Below, piece after piece: positions 1-14,047 of a stretch of 64,000 nt of DNA. The notes under the pieces are model-generated. The model worked only from the letters and a program-made list of their open reading frames with translations. It was not told the DNA's origin and searched no databases. Position 1 is the first letter of the stretch, and the number at the start of each line of letters is the position of its first letter. The stretch is taken from contig NC_068986.1 of assembly GCF_001194135.2 (NCBI RefSeq), positions 38,995,793-39,059,792 on the forward strand, in the 5' to 3' direction. Both the position numbers and the translations under genes were made by a program. Source of the DNA: Octopus bimaculoides. Its lineage: Eukaryota.

Positions 1-1290
1 AGATACAAGGCCTTTTTGTAGAAGATGTTTATTGCTGATTGAACAAACCTACAAGCAGCATGAAAGCAAAGTCAACCAAAGCCTAATATGAAGTTAGAAC
101 TTCAATGCAATAAACAAGATGCACTAAAGTACCTAGTTAAGCACTTTGTCTAGACCAGTTCCACCACTCTCTTTTGAGTAGGAATATTAAATTTTAATTT
201 GTTAAGTCACAGGAATGAAGTAATTCCATACAGGTATGCTATTTTAAGCAGAAATTAAAACTGATAAAATGAATGATGAAAGTACAGAAAATTTAACACT
301 TCATTATGAATTTTTCATAAGCTTTGTACTTCATTAAATATTTCAGATAACACTAGATATGTTCCTCATCTCTCAATCATTTTGTATAACTATTATTATT
401 GCAGCACACATATCAATTTTGATCTTGTTTTCTTTAACCTGCTACCTATTTCAAATGCTTAAGTTTCCAAGTACGTTCAAAAACCTGTATTCATAGCCTC
501 TATGTCTAAATATGTATAGCTCAGGGCCATGTATCTTGAATACCATTTCTTCTGCTTCTTGGATACTGTTTAGCACAAGTCAAATGGCTTTGCAAGTTGG
601 AAACAATAGGCTTCCAAATAACACTATGTTTCAGTAAATAGAATGTAAAAAGTTAAAATTAACATTGTTTTAGATGAGAGAGAACTCCTTATCAATTGTA
701 TATAAGAGTAACTAAACTCACATAACTAGCAATTCAATACCAAATAGCTAGTCAAAATTCAGATCCAACTCTATAGTGCTGAAAGCAGGAGCATCTAGTT
801 GCTAAGCCAGCTAGAAATGGCAGGCGAAACTTCCTCAAATCACACCCTACCACTTTGAAAGGAAAAGGGCAGGAGTACAATGCCTTTGATCATAGGGTTG
901 CTTGATCAGGCAATTTGAGTCTAAACAATTACAACAGAAACCACAATTTAACAACATTCTGAGTAAACTAGAAAGCAAAAATATAATCATAAAAGAATTT
1001 GTAAATATTTTATAAAATATTTTGTATTCATTTTCCCCAGACTAAGTATATAAAAAGTGCACTACCCAATCACATAACTCCGGGTCTAGTCTCACTGTGC
1101 AGCACCTTGGGCAAGTGTTTCCTACTACATTTCTGCTAAGCAAAGTTTTGTTTGCCTGTATAACAGTAGCACTTGAGGCAAGCTTCTTAACCACACAGCC
1201 ATGTCTTACCAGTTTAATCTCCAATGATCTGATAATGCAACAGGTTGTACTGGGTTACATGTTATCACTAGAACACTCAAGCAACCTCTT

Positions 1291-1323
<33 letters not shown>

Positions 1324-2499
1324 TACATGGTAGCAGATTGACAGTTGTCTGAGTGAACAGAACACTGCAGTATTTGCTTCAATTTACTGCACCCTGAGTT
1401 TAAATGCTGCTGAAGTCAACTTCCCATCTTTTCTAGGTTGCTAAAAAAATAGCAGCCCAAGGTGGTGGATTGGTAGAAATATAAAAATGCTGGACTGGAT
1501 ATCCTGCAGTATTCTGTTTCTTTGCATTCTGAACTCAAATCCCACTATGACCTATATGGGTAGTAGATTTAACTCGCTACATGGCCTAGTACCCACCACC
1601 ACCTAATAGCCTGAATACCTTTAGTACAGTTCACTGTGGTATGCATCCAGGCCAAGTTTCCTGATTGAGGATATTTTCCTTGCTGGCTCCCTCTCCCCAT
1701 ATTCTTGACACCCCTGTCACTGGCCATGGGTACTGCCTTCCCTACTGACTAAAAAGATTTTAAAAATGAAAAAAAAAAGCCCACCCATGCACACACACAA
1801 ATACACAATTATAGATATATAAATGTATAAACACATTTGTGTGGTGCAGTATATAGGGCACAACATAAGCAATATTTACATGTTCCTTTATATTTTGAAA
1901 GATGCATTTGTTAGGAGAAATCAAATTTTGAAAAATAATTTAGTTCTTTTAATTCAGAACATAGGGTACATATAGAAGAAGCATGTTGGTATGTTTATTT
2001 AATATATCCTTATATGTCTTTCATTAATGATCAGATGTTTTGCAAGGATATACCTTAATCTGATTACTTCAAAAATCAGAGTTAGTACAAAAAACAAAAT
2101 ATCAGCCGCAGTAATATCCACAAGATCTTAAGACTGCACTGCATGCCCTAAAGGGATTTAAAAATTTTAACACTGAAAATTTGTCAAAATCTTTTGAACA
2201 AATTACCTTGTTCAATTTTCAATGAATACCTAAAACTCTCAGATGCAATAGAAGACCTTTCTAATCTCCCTTTTCATCCTGTTGAAAAAATGTTTGAAAG
2301 TCATGCAATTTTGAAAATGTAGTTTTCTTTCTGTCCTCCTCTCTTATCTGTCAATACCTCTATCAATGTTGTCATCTTTGTAAATGATGTTGCTTAACAA
2401 TCAGCTGATCTGATGGTTGAATTGAAACTGACCTCAAATAGAAAAGCACTAAATCTAAAAACAGAAGCAATTTAGTCTTTCATAAAAATATTTTGTCTA

Positions 2500-2695
2500 C
2501 ACTGTAGAGCATCTTTTCTGTATTGAAGAGAAAGTTTACCAACAAAAATAGAACAGGAGAAAAAAAGAGTTTATGGGTTAGCTCTTATGTCAATTGAAAA
2601 AGATTTACTCAAACTAATTAAAGCAGATTTCTCAGAGAATATAATAAATATACTTGCCCTGAAAGATTGAAGAACTGAATTAATTTATAAATGAA
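2500..2695 (+). mobile_element. hAT transposase C-terminal (dimerization domain) remnant
   Basis: Frameshifted VEHLF... followed by RVYGLALMSIEKDLLKLIKADFSENIINILALKD, resembling hAT R.S.M.QERL..LALLSIE.D. Confidence 0.5.
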
Positions 2696-2929
2696 GCAAA
2701 TGAATAACATTTTGTATGTTGTCTTTTTCGATTATTATTTTAGACATTAAACAGCAATTCTCATAACCATGCTATGAAACTAAATGGTTTCTCTTTATGA
2801 AATAATTGCAAAAATGATTCAGCTCAATAAGTATTTATTGCATGACTAACCTCAAAAGTCATCACGTGCATGCATGCGTGCGTGCGTGCGTGCGTGCGTG
2901 TGTGTGTGTCTATATTTTCTACCCACTAT

Positions 2930-3330
2930 TCTTGAGGGGGTCAAGGTGGTAGAATCCTCAGGCAATTGCTCCATAGGGTCCTATCAGAATCAACTGTCAT
3001 ATTTTCTGGCTGGGTCCCCAAGCATGACCAACTAAGACTAAGGATATTATCCAACCATCTCATTCTTATCTACTCTTAGCTCTCCTGCTGGTTGGCTTGG
3101 TTTGAAGAATCTGTCTTATTATTCTCTATGATGTTTTAATCACATGTCTGTAGCAACAGAACTCTGATCTCTCAACGTGCAGAAGTTATGGCTTGACCTG
3201 GAGTGGCTTCCTCATCTCCAAGCTCTATGTTCTGTTGAGCAATGTTACTCCACAGATCCTTCAGGATCTGTTCTGACTTTAGAATGGCAATCCCGCCTTC
3301 CATTTATCCTTGTCTCTCCATTAGTTTACT
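2930..3330 (-). mobile_element. RTE-clade LINE 3' end (Rex3/Expander-like), degenerate
   Basis: Minus translation RICGVTLLNRT*SLEMRKPLQVKP*LLHVERSEF...RIIRQILQTKPTSRR...RWLDNI. Confidence 0.7.
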
Positions 3331-5733
3331 ATGGTACATTTCTTCACCTTATTAACTAGCAGTAATTTTAATCTCAATGAATAGCTATCACTTCATTTTC
3401 CTTTATCTTCCTGTGCATTTTTTGCAAACTCATTGCCAAACAACTGTGTGTGCATGCGTGTGTGTGTTAGACTATCACCAAGTTATAAGCCCCACCACCA
3501 GTTTCCCTTTGTCCAGCCAATTGTATATTTTCTTCCATTTATCATTACAGTGACTAGTTTTCCTTATCTGGGTTTTACTTGTCTGAGCAATAATCTGCAC
3601 AATCGGGAAATACCAAAATAACAGACTACTGGATCAAACACACACTGCAGTGACATTGAATGTTTTGTCTCCCATTTGTTAATACTAATGCATACATGTG
3701 TGCATTCAAGTATATATAAACAGGATATAAATTTTGTGTATGTAAACAAAATATTCCCACACCAATCCTCAGCCTGTCTTTTCTATTTATATTCCTAGTG
3801 CATAGTGAATTGTGTCAAAAAATTGTCATTCTCTCACATCTTGATTATTTGTTGAGATTGCTGGTCTTTATGTTTAAAGCCCGAGATTAACAGAGAATCT
3901 AAAACCAAGTTCTAATTGTTTATTGATTGAATAATTCCCCAAATTTACATATTGTGCTTTAGTTATATGAGTGTAAAATATTTTCAATTTATGCTCTGTA
4001 AAGTCAGAGGTGGTAGAAAGGGTATCAAGATGTAAAAACCAGGATAAAATAGGAAATACTAGAGATGTGAGCTTTGCAAACTGCATAATGCCTTCTGCCT
4101 TTGGAGATATGTGGAATGAGAATAGAGAAAAAAAAAACAAGGGTTAGCAACAGAAAGCATCTGGCTATAAAACGATGCCTCAATAATACATTTATTTACC
4201 AAAATGAATGTAAAACAAATGAGTGAATACAGAAGTCACACACAATGTTTAATAAATATTTGATCATGGAGTGAAAATAGACTTCAAGAGTAATCCACAT
4301 ATGTTTACCAACCAAAGGAGAGGATTGACCTGATTGGTTTTGTCTTTCATTATCTCTTTAGCATTCAGATTACCAAATGTAATGTATGTTTATTCACTTT
4401 GTTTTGAATTAATCATGCATTATCTTGTAGCTTCAAAACTCCAGTGAAGCAATTGTTTATTTTTAGAATAGCATTGTAAGGTAGGTGTGAGAGGCCAGCT
4501 ATGACCAGACTGAACATTAAAAATAGGTAGAATATTTAGGATGGATATGGCCAATTTAAATGCTGAAGGGTTTAACTCATTGGGCATTGCTTACCCTGGC
4601 CTTCTAGCTGCCAAAACTTAGCTTCTTGTAGAAACTGTAAACAAGTAACAGCCAGGAATTAAAATCTACAACATCATTTAACGTGTCTTCTATGCTGGCA
4701 TGGGTTGGACAGTTTGACAGGAGATGGCCAGGTAGAAGACTACACTATGCTACTGTGTCCGTTTTGGCATAGTTTTTACAGCTGGATGCCTTCTAAATGC
4801 CAACAACTTCACTGTGGACTATGTTTTTATGTGGCACCAGCACCAGCAGGGTCACCAAGACAAAGAATTTTGAGAGGGGATAGGTCATTCACATTATATA
4901 TATATATATATATACATACATACATATATATATATACATACACACACATACATACATACACATGTATTTGTTATTTTCATTTATAATTAACAGTACTTTG
5001 TGCAATACCACAAAACATTGTACTTAAACATTTAATTCTTCATTATGTTCATGGATAGAAATGAAAATACACTATCAACCTTGCTTAACAACTGCTCTGG
5101 TGACATGGAAGCAATGCTAGAAATGTCAAAAATATCTATATACTCCAAGACTTAACTGCCACATATAACTGAGTAAATAATGTCCTTATATTACCCAAAA
5201 TTACTTGTTCTTCATTATAAATAGAAAACACTCGACATGTTTTCCTGTCTAAATCAAAGAAGAAATTCAAAATACCAAGTCTATTTTTGACCTGAGTGTA
5301 GATATATCTGCAGATGAAACTTTCTCCAAACTCACCTATAACATTAGGCCTCTAGAAAACACTTCACCTAAGTAGGTTACATTACTGCTCTTAACTTGTC
5401 TCCTAGTAGCTCAGGTCTCATCTAGCAAATTTGTAAAAATATTTCACAAGGTAAATATCACAAATTACTAGGAATGCCAGCTATTCTGTTGCTATCTGGA
5501 AGACTAATCTGACCCTTAAGCTAGTTTCTCATTAAACCTTTCAGGAAAGTAACACGAGAAACTCACATTAACGGACGATACTGTCACTACCCCTCAGTGT
5601 TTAAAAAGGTCTTCTGCAGAAGAATTTTCAATCTGTTATCCAGCCTAAAGATCTTCAAGGACTTCCCTCTGATAGTGATGTCCTTGAAGCCAATGGGTTC
5701 AAAATAAAGGTCACAACTGCAGCCAGGGTACCA

Positions 5734-5765
<32 letters not shown>

Positions 5766-6277
5766 GTGCAGCTTTGCCTAATAAGTGAAGTGATGTATAA
5801 TCTGACATCATCAAACCAGCTATCTTGCTATGTGGTAATAGTCATGGTTGAAAGGTCAAACTTTAAGAATGTTGACTAAATTGATGCTTGTCTGCTCTAC
5901 CACATGGTGCACATAATGAAAGAATTATTACTGTCATTACTAAAGTATCCGGATGGCTTGGATTAATGGCTATCTAATAATACTGTGTGGAAACATAGAA
6001 ATACATTCTGTAAATCCAATACCAGCAGCACCCTTGTTACAGGTATAAACACTGGCTGTTCATTCACACTTCTGGTCCTATTCATTGGTATGTGTGAAGT
6101 TTCACATGTTTGCTCTCTGTGGATTCAATGTAGCGCAACAACTGCAGCTACTGCTCAAGATTGTGTGCCCACTTTGAGATATTTAGCTCAGATTTAAATA
6201 CCTTCCTCTAAGAAAGCCCTAGCTAAACGTCCAGTAGTACTTTCAGTGATCTTCCAACACACACACACACACGCACG

Positions 6278-6313
<36 letters not shown>

Positions 6314-6528
6314 AGAATATACAAAAAATAACAGACGAGGACAGGTGGTGTAAATAACAAAAGTATATATATATATATTAGGTACAGACATGGGACTGTG
6401 TGGTAAGAAGTTTGCTTCCCAACTACATGATTCTGAATTCAGCTAAAAGTTAACCAAAGCTCTGTCAGTAGACTTGGTAGACTGTGTATGAAAGTGAGAG
6501 AGAGAGTGTGTATGTGTGTGAGTATATA

Positions 6529-7833
6529 CAGGGTGTTCCAGAAGTCTTGGGCACATTTCAAATCCTCATTTCTGCTGGACTATGATTCGTAGTAAGATGA
6601 AACTGGTACCATTTTAAAGCTAAATTCATTAAGTTTTTTTTACATATTTCTTCAGATCCAGTAATGGCGTTCACTCAACAAGAAAAGGCATTTTGCGACC
6701 TTGAATTTGCAAAAACTGAATCATGGACACTTGTTCAACATGCATTACGCACAAAATTCTGAAAAGAGGCACCAGAAAGGAAGTCCATATTGAGATGGCA
6801 TGGTAAATTCATGAAGGATGGGTGTTTGTGCCCAGCTAAGAGAACGGGACGCCCCTCAACTTCAGATGATACAGTTGAGCAAGTTTGAATTGCCTTCAAG
6901 CAGATTCCCCATAAATCGATCAGAAGAGCCAGTAGGAAGCTTCAGCTTCCTACAACTGTTTGGCATATCTTAAAAAGACAACTGCAGATGACACCTTACA
7001 AGCTACAGTTAGTCCAACAGTTGCAGGACACTGATAAACCAGCTCATTGTGGCTTTTGCATTGCAATGCAAGTTGGAAGATGACGGATTTGATGACCAGC
7101 TTGTTTTTAGCAATGAGGCGACCTTCCACGTAAATGGCAAAGTTAACAAGCATAACACTCAGATATGGGGTACTGAAAACCCACATGAACTTCTTGAGCA
7201 TCAGCGAGATTCCCCAAAGGTGAACGTGTTTTGTACCATGTCCAAGAAAGCTGTCTACAGATCATTCTTCTTCAAAGGAGCAACAGTCAATGGTGACACA
7301 TACCTCGACATGCTGGAAAACTGGTTAATGGATAAGTTAGAGTGAGGAAGAGTCTGATGACTTCATTTTCCAACAGGATGGGCACCACCGCACTGGAGCC
7401 TCAGGGTTAGACAGTATCTGAACACAACACTGCCAGACAGATCGATTGGATGGTCTGGGCGAGATGATCGCATTCTCATGCCCTGGCCTCCCAGGTCTCC
7501 AGATCTCACACCCTGCGATTTCTTTTTGTGGGGGTTTGTGAAAGGACTGGTCTATGTGCCTACCCTTCCAAAAGACGTGGATGAACTGAAGGCCCGAATA
7601 ACAAAAGCTGTTGCAACCATCAACAACGCAATGCTGGAACACGTTTGGCAAGAATTGGACTATCGGCTTGATGTGTGCCATGTGACCAACGGTGCTCACA
7701 TTGAACATCTTTGAACACTCGATAAAAAAACTTGAAATTGTAGGTTTTCAGAATATATCTGATGCGCTTTTATGTCCTTGATGGTTTTCGAGATATTTAA
7801 TGTCAAAATGTGCCCAAGACTTCTGGAACACCC

Positions 7834-7835
<2 letters not shown>
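6529..7835 (+). mobile_element. Tc1/mariner transposon of the rosa (DD41D-like) type; full length, transposase pseudogene 6664-7714
   Basis: 30-bp TIR CAGGGTGTTCCAGAAGTCTTGGGCACATTT at both ends, with TA on both flanks. Motifs FSNEATFH, FQQDG and WPPRSPDLTPCDFFLWG are present but split by stops and frameshifts. Confidence 0.93.
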
Positions 7836-7897
<62 letters not shown>

Positions 7898-10860
7898 CAT
7901 ACATATACACACACAATTTGTGTTTATGCATGCATGTGTATTTGTGTCTGGAGTTTTGACACTGCATGATAGTTGTAAATGAGTGTCATTGTCATACAAT
8001 CTGTCGTTCATTTCCAGTATTCAGCAAGATGTTTGGCCATGGGAAAATATTAACTAATCTTGGAAACAGGTGACAGTTGGCAACAAGAAACTGTTGAAGT
8101 CATCTACAAAACTGAGGTCACCTTTATTCAGTCAAATAGGGAACAAAAAAAAAATATATATATTGGACCGTGCAAAAGTAACTTAAGAGACACCAGCCAC
8201 TAGTCTTCTTTCCAACACGTAGACAAGAAAAGTACAAAACTAGAGGCCAGAAATTTTAAGTTGCAGGCATCTCAACAAGTTAATGTATTTGAACTGGAAG
8301 ACACTGCATCCCTTTTTGGATTAGACAATATGTATAATCCATATACATATACAAAATGGGCAATAAGTATAGGTGTTGTTATGTGGTTGAAAACCTTGCT
8401 TCCCAACAATGTGGCCTTGGGTTCAGTACCATTACACAGCATCTTGGGCATGTCTCTACTATAGCCATGGGCTGATCAAAGTGCTATGATTTAGTTTGAA
8501 GGCAACTGAAAGAAGTCCGTGTGTGTGTACCCTTGCCTTGACATGTGATAATTGTAAATGAGCATCACTGTCATGGAAGTGATGCTATTCATTTCCCATC
8601 TTCCACAGAGAAATATTACCTTGCTTTGAAACAAGAGAGGGTTGGCATCTGGTCATAAAAAAATTGCCTCAGCAGATTCTGCTTGACCCCTGCAAGAATG
8701 GAAAAGTGAAGATTAAATGATGATGGGCCTGATGGAGACATAATCCATTTCTACTTCTATTTAATCCCAAGATTAAAAAAGGACACTCAAGACAGATGAG
8801 TTGACTAGCCAAAACTAAATACATTAACTCTTCACAACTGAATATCCAACATTTTCTATACATACATACCATATAAATATATAAATAAATATATATATAT
8901 ATATAAATATATAAATAAANNNNNNNNNNNNNNNNNNNNNNNNNNNNNNNNNNNNNNNNNNNNNNNNNNNNNNNNNNNNNNNNNNNNNNNNNNNNNNNNN
9001 NNNNNNNNNNNNNNNNNNNTAAATATATAAATATAAATATATATATATATAAATATATAAATATATATAAATATACATACACACACACACAAATTTATTT
9101 TGTGGTATAAAACCAGAAAAGTACACAATACACCTTAGGGCTAAAAGTGTACCAAGTGTGGAATAAATCATATACAGGAAGACAATTATAAAATTTCACT
9201 TCTGTATATGACAAATTTTGTTTTTCAATATCTGCTGAAATATAACAAAACTACATAAACACTCATGTCAAGAAATGCATTTTAGTGCTGCCACCACATC
9301 TAGAAAAGTACATATTTAAAATTTTGAAGAGCTATTTGTGTAAATAAGTTTTTGTTTAATAATTATATATAGGAAACCCCGAGTCATGAAAGCATGAATG
9401 GAAGCCTGATGGTTTCCATGTTACATAAATTTTGCAAACAATATATTTTTTTTTCTCAGTTGCAACCCCTATCCTTTTAATACACAATCTATCCTTTTAA
9501 TACACAATCTAATTGAACCAATAGTTTTAAAATATTTCATTTTACCACTTTATTGATTTAAAATGATAGTCAACTCTAGTAAGCCAATTTATTATGCTGT
9601 GTTCAAGCTGGCTAGCTAATCATTGTACAATATAGACTTTGGATAGGCTACTTTAGTCCTCATTGCTTCAACATAAAAATTAAAACACATCACCCATAAA
9701 TTTTAGATAAGATACTGAATTTGTTAGTTGAAGCTCATCTGGGAGAGACTATTATGGAATCTGCAGTCGGGGATTCAAATGTATGGTATTTATATGAAGT
9801 TGGAAAGATAAAATCAAGTTCAAACAGCAATAAAAAAAATAAATGGTTATTTTATTTGAGCTATATTTAAGTCATAATGAATCATTAACTATTCTAACCA
9901 GTGAATGAAAAATGGATTCTATATTAATAAGCTTTAAACATACAGCTTAGTGTCAAGACAAGCGTAAAACTACCATTCATACAAACTTTCCAACAAAAGT
10001 TACAAGTATTGTGTAAAGAGCAGTGGAAAATTGACCCATATGGATTTTTAATCCTTTTTTGGAGAAAAAATTTAAACAGAAAAGCACTGTTCAAAATCAA
10101 ACAATGAGAAGTTCAAGAAAAAAAAGTTGCTTTTGGTCAATAGTCTATCATGACATGAAAGACAACAAGTTTTCTAAATTTAGATTTCTTCACCCATCAT
10201 ATACCCTGACATCTTGATCGTTTAGTACAGATAAAGCTCCATCTACCACTATATCCCAAGAATCCAGTGAATTGTTTTTTTACTGTAGATATGTGACAGC
10301 TTAATTTTGCTCTGCATAACACCGAACAATTAGAATAGCTAATGCAGAGTAAAGATCACATAATTTTATAAAAGACATTAGCATTCAGAACAGAATGCCA
10401 TAAAAGGAAACTATTGGAAATAGAATAAATAGGATTTAAAGAGAGGACCAGAACCCGCCCAATTCAGTTAATGGATCCATTATGTTCCTCAATGGGATTT
10501 AACAAAAATAAAAACTAAGGTAGGATTCAATTTGGTGTCTGAGTTGATTCTAGCAACATCCATACAAGACAATTGAAGTTCTCTCATATCGAATATATCT
10601 ATTGCAAACTTAAATATATTGTTCCATATTGGATTTTTTAAACCAGTCAGATTAACGTGACTTGTTCACGTTTACTATTAAAACCCGAGTGAAAGTTGCA
10701 ACTAAGAAAAGTAGTTATGTACTAGCAGATCATAAACTAAAATGATATAGGGGAAATACCAAGACAACAGCCATAATCTAAAATAGGAAGCAATTACTAA
10801 TTACAATAAATTTCATGCGATTCACTGGAGATTATGATACAATTAAAAGCAATAACTTAC

Positions 10861-10913
10861 CCACTGTCTCCAAGAATGATAACTTTAAGCAGCACCTTCT
10901 TTCTGGATGCCAT
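10861..10913 (-). CDS. RAB7A: Rab7 small GTPase, first coding exon (whole exon 10861-10938 including 25 nt of 5' UTR)
   Basis: Minus strand reads polyT-ACAG|...AAATA ATG GCA TCC AGA AAG AAG GTG CTG CTT AAA GTT ATC ATT CTT GGA GAC AGT GG|GTAAGT = MASRKKVLLKVIILGDSG, the characteristic Rab7 N-terminus up to the P-loop. It is 53 coding nt ending in phase 2. Downstream exons were not found in 1-10860. Confidence 0.95.
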
Positions 10914-11945
10914 TATTTTACAAGTTGTACTAACTTCGCTGTAAAAAAAAAAACATTGTAACTAAATCAAAAAAAAAAGCATGAAAATAAAACATCTTTA
11001 AATATATACTGACATTTTATATTGATCTCAATAGGCTAATTATCAACCAACCTGTTTAGGCTGCTTTGAAATATAAAAATATATAAGGAAGGTACATAAA
11101 CAAAAAGTGTTGTTTTCTCTTTACTGTGTAAAAAGCAAGCTTATTGATAACGTTTTTAGATGAAAACCAAACTCAAATTTTTCAAAGTGATTTAAATAAA
11201 ATTGAAAGACACATACATTGATTGACGCCCACCAAAGTTTTGACTAGCACTTTTGACTAATAGAGCAAACACAAAATGTTATCGGTCAGTTACTAATTTA
11301 CGATTTCAAGGTGTAAAGTACATCAGTATTCTCACAAAATCATGGCTTCACGAGATCATCAATAGATAAGAAAAGCACATTTATCCTTAGCAGGGAATTA
11401 AAAGAAAACAGCTTGTGATACTCCAATTTCATTTAATCTTCAAAGAGGACATTATTTTATAGTATAATCTTAACTACCAGAAAGTAAAAGCACATTAATA
11501 ATTTTCAGTGGATATATTTCTCAATATTTTCCACAAAGCTGTTACAAAATAGCATTAAAATCGTATAAACTATCTTTAAAACAATGTGTTAATCACCTAA
11601 AGAGTAAATTGAGGGTGTATAATAAATACATGCTTGTAATAAGTAGCTGAAAATGAAATCTTGAATTAACATATCTTAATACGCACTGATAAGAAATGAA
11701 TGGCTGCTAGAGCCAGCGAAATATTTTCCAATAAATTTAAATGTGTAGGAGAAATGGATATAAAACCCATACAAATGATAATAAAAAAAATCAACTTTTT
11801 TAAAACTATAACTTAATTGCAATGCACTATAAACAATTGATTTTAAATTTGGTCTGAAACATTAATATACAGAATAACATTACAAGTGATCACAAAAAGA
11901 TCTTGCAATACAATGTTATAAACATGAATCGGTAAGGTGTGTGTA

Positions 11946-11985
<40 letters not shown>

Positions 11986-13264
11986 GACATACAAAATTAA
12001 CAAGTGATGATGTATCCTAAGGAGTTGAATTTTTTAACATNNNNNNNNNNNNNNNNNNNNNNNNNNNNNNNNNNNNNNNNNNNNNNNNNNNNNNNNNNNN
12101 NNNNNNNNNNNNNNNNNNNNNNNNNNNNNNNNNNNNNNNNNNNNNNNNNNNNNNNNNNNNNNNNNNNNNNNNNNNNNNNNNNNNNNNNNNNNNNNNNNNN
12201 NNNNNNNNNNNNNNNNNNNNNNNNNNNNNNNNNNNNNNNNNNNNNNNNNNNNNNNNNNNNNNNNNNNNNNNNNNNNNNNNNNNNNNNNNNNNNNNNNNNN
12301 NNNNNNNNNNNNNNNNNNNNNNNNNNNNNNNNNNNNNNNNNNNNNNNNNNNNNNNNNNNNNNNNNNNNNNNNNNNNNNNNNNNNNNNNNNNNNNNNNNNN
12401 NNNNNNNNNNNNNNNNNNNNNNNNNNNNNNNNNNNNNNNNNNNNNNNNNNNNNNNNNNNNNNNNNCATTTAGGAAAATCTGTCTGCTTGGTTTTATTTAT
12501 GCATACTAATATTTACCAAAAAGTAATTTTTCGATTTAGATCGAGCAATCAAATTCTAATACATCAGCTTATTAAAATTGCTTATAATAATATTACTTGA
12601 CAGTATGGAGGAAAAAACAGCACATATTTCCAGCCAAACAGGCCTACAGGATTAAACACAAACTCGTAAAGAGAAGGAGGCTATTTATTGGTAGTTATAC
12701 TATGGAGCTTTAAATAGATTTTTCTCTCGACCACAAGATTAATTTTTACATCTTTTTGAAATATCGATTGTAATAAAGAAAGCATAGGGAAAAAAAATTT
12801 GTTTTGATGAAATTTAACAAAAATGTCAGCCAAAACCTTAAGCTATATTTCAAAGTCAAGAGCACAGACCAAAATACCATTACTCACAAATTCAAGTTAC
12901 ATAAATATCCTCCTAGTTTCTGATAAGCAGTGTAAGAAAATCTGTCGTAATTATTATCTTTATTCAACTTCAACAATAAGAGCGCTCCTAAATATTTGAA
13001 GATTTTGACAAAATGCGCAGGTTTTCATCAACGTCGTTTTAGGTGTCTGTTCTCGTATTAAGTAGCAGGTGCCCGAGGAACAATTTGAACTAAGCAGGAA
13101 GGAGAATGTTTATTTCATTTGTCCTGACACCACAAGAGAAACACAATTCATTATAAAATACACCCACCCAAATCATGACACAATTTTAAATAATTTCCAC
13201 TCTCACAAGAGAATTGACAAAACATATACGTTGTTATTAATGTACCTTACATAAAAATAGTTCC

Positions 13265-13299
<35 letters not shown>

Positions 13300-13950
13300 C
13301 ATACACACTACGTGTTATATCATACAAGAAAGCATCGAGAAAAAGAAACGTCATATTTTTAATCACAAACTTTTTACCTATATCTGCGAAAATGCTGCAG
13401 ATATATAAAAATGAATAGTTACAACATTAGTCATGATGCAACCAACAATGATTTTCCCCCTTTTTCTCTTTAAAAATGTTACCTAAAGTACAAACAACTG
13501 GCATATATATATATATATAACAAATGCGTTTTACTCCATTTACTAAATTTATATATTTACTCAATTACCCAAAATAACAAGGAGTTTCTACCTCATAAAC
13601 AGGAGTTACACCACAGTCATTTTTATGATCTTTGCTACCCTGGTATCTATTAACCAATTTATTTTGTCCGAGTTAATTATTTACTAAGAGAAAATAAATA
13701 CATATAATAAAATATATATATGTATGTATAAGTGTGTGTGTGTGTATCCACTTTATCATTTGCGAATAGTCTTATACATTACCGATATTACGAAGGAAAG
13801 GGAGGTGTGTACGCAACTGCAACAACTGGTGATGGGCTTGGAATAACGTAGAAAAAAAGAATCTCCTTTTTACAGTACGTATAAGCACGGTGGAGAGAAC
13901 ATTCACAAACAGTAAGCTATCGCTATTAATATATATACCAAGTGACTTAC

Positions 13951-14020
13951 CTAGAGAGATTGGTTTATTCCCAAGTACAGATGCAGCACCAAGTTAACCT
14001 ACCAACACTACAAAATGGCG
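13951..14020 (-). other. RAB7A: Probable non-coding exon 1 of Rab7
   Basis: Minus strand CGCCATTTTG...CTCTCTAG|GTAAGT has a strong donor and no ATG, and lies in a CpG-retaining region ~3 kb upstream of the coding exon. The 5' end is approximate. Confidence 0.65.
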
Positions 14021-14047
14021 ATCCCGTGACAAAGTCTTGTGACGTCA
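14012..14047. promoter_or_regulatory. Rab7 promoter motifs: YY1-like AAAATGGCG (14012-14020) and CRE palindrome TGACGTCA (14040-14047)
   Basis: Motifs read directly next to the inferred first exon; function is inferred. Confidence 0.45.

Noticed and set aside
7337-7708. 123-aa minus-strand ORF
   Set aside because: Antisense shadow of the Tc1/mariner transposase.
9469-9508. 20-bp tandem duplication
   Set aside because: Only two units; ordinary slippage.
1-10860. Rab7 downstream exons (GVGKTSLMNQYV...)
   Set aside because: Not found by manual scanning. They are presumed to lie left of the window, though the 100-N gap at 8920-9019 cannot be inspected.
12004-12600. Long ORFs made of X (also at 8669-9171, 25390, 33835-34087, 57220-57687)
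   Set aside because: These are translations through N gaps.
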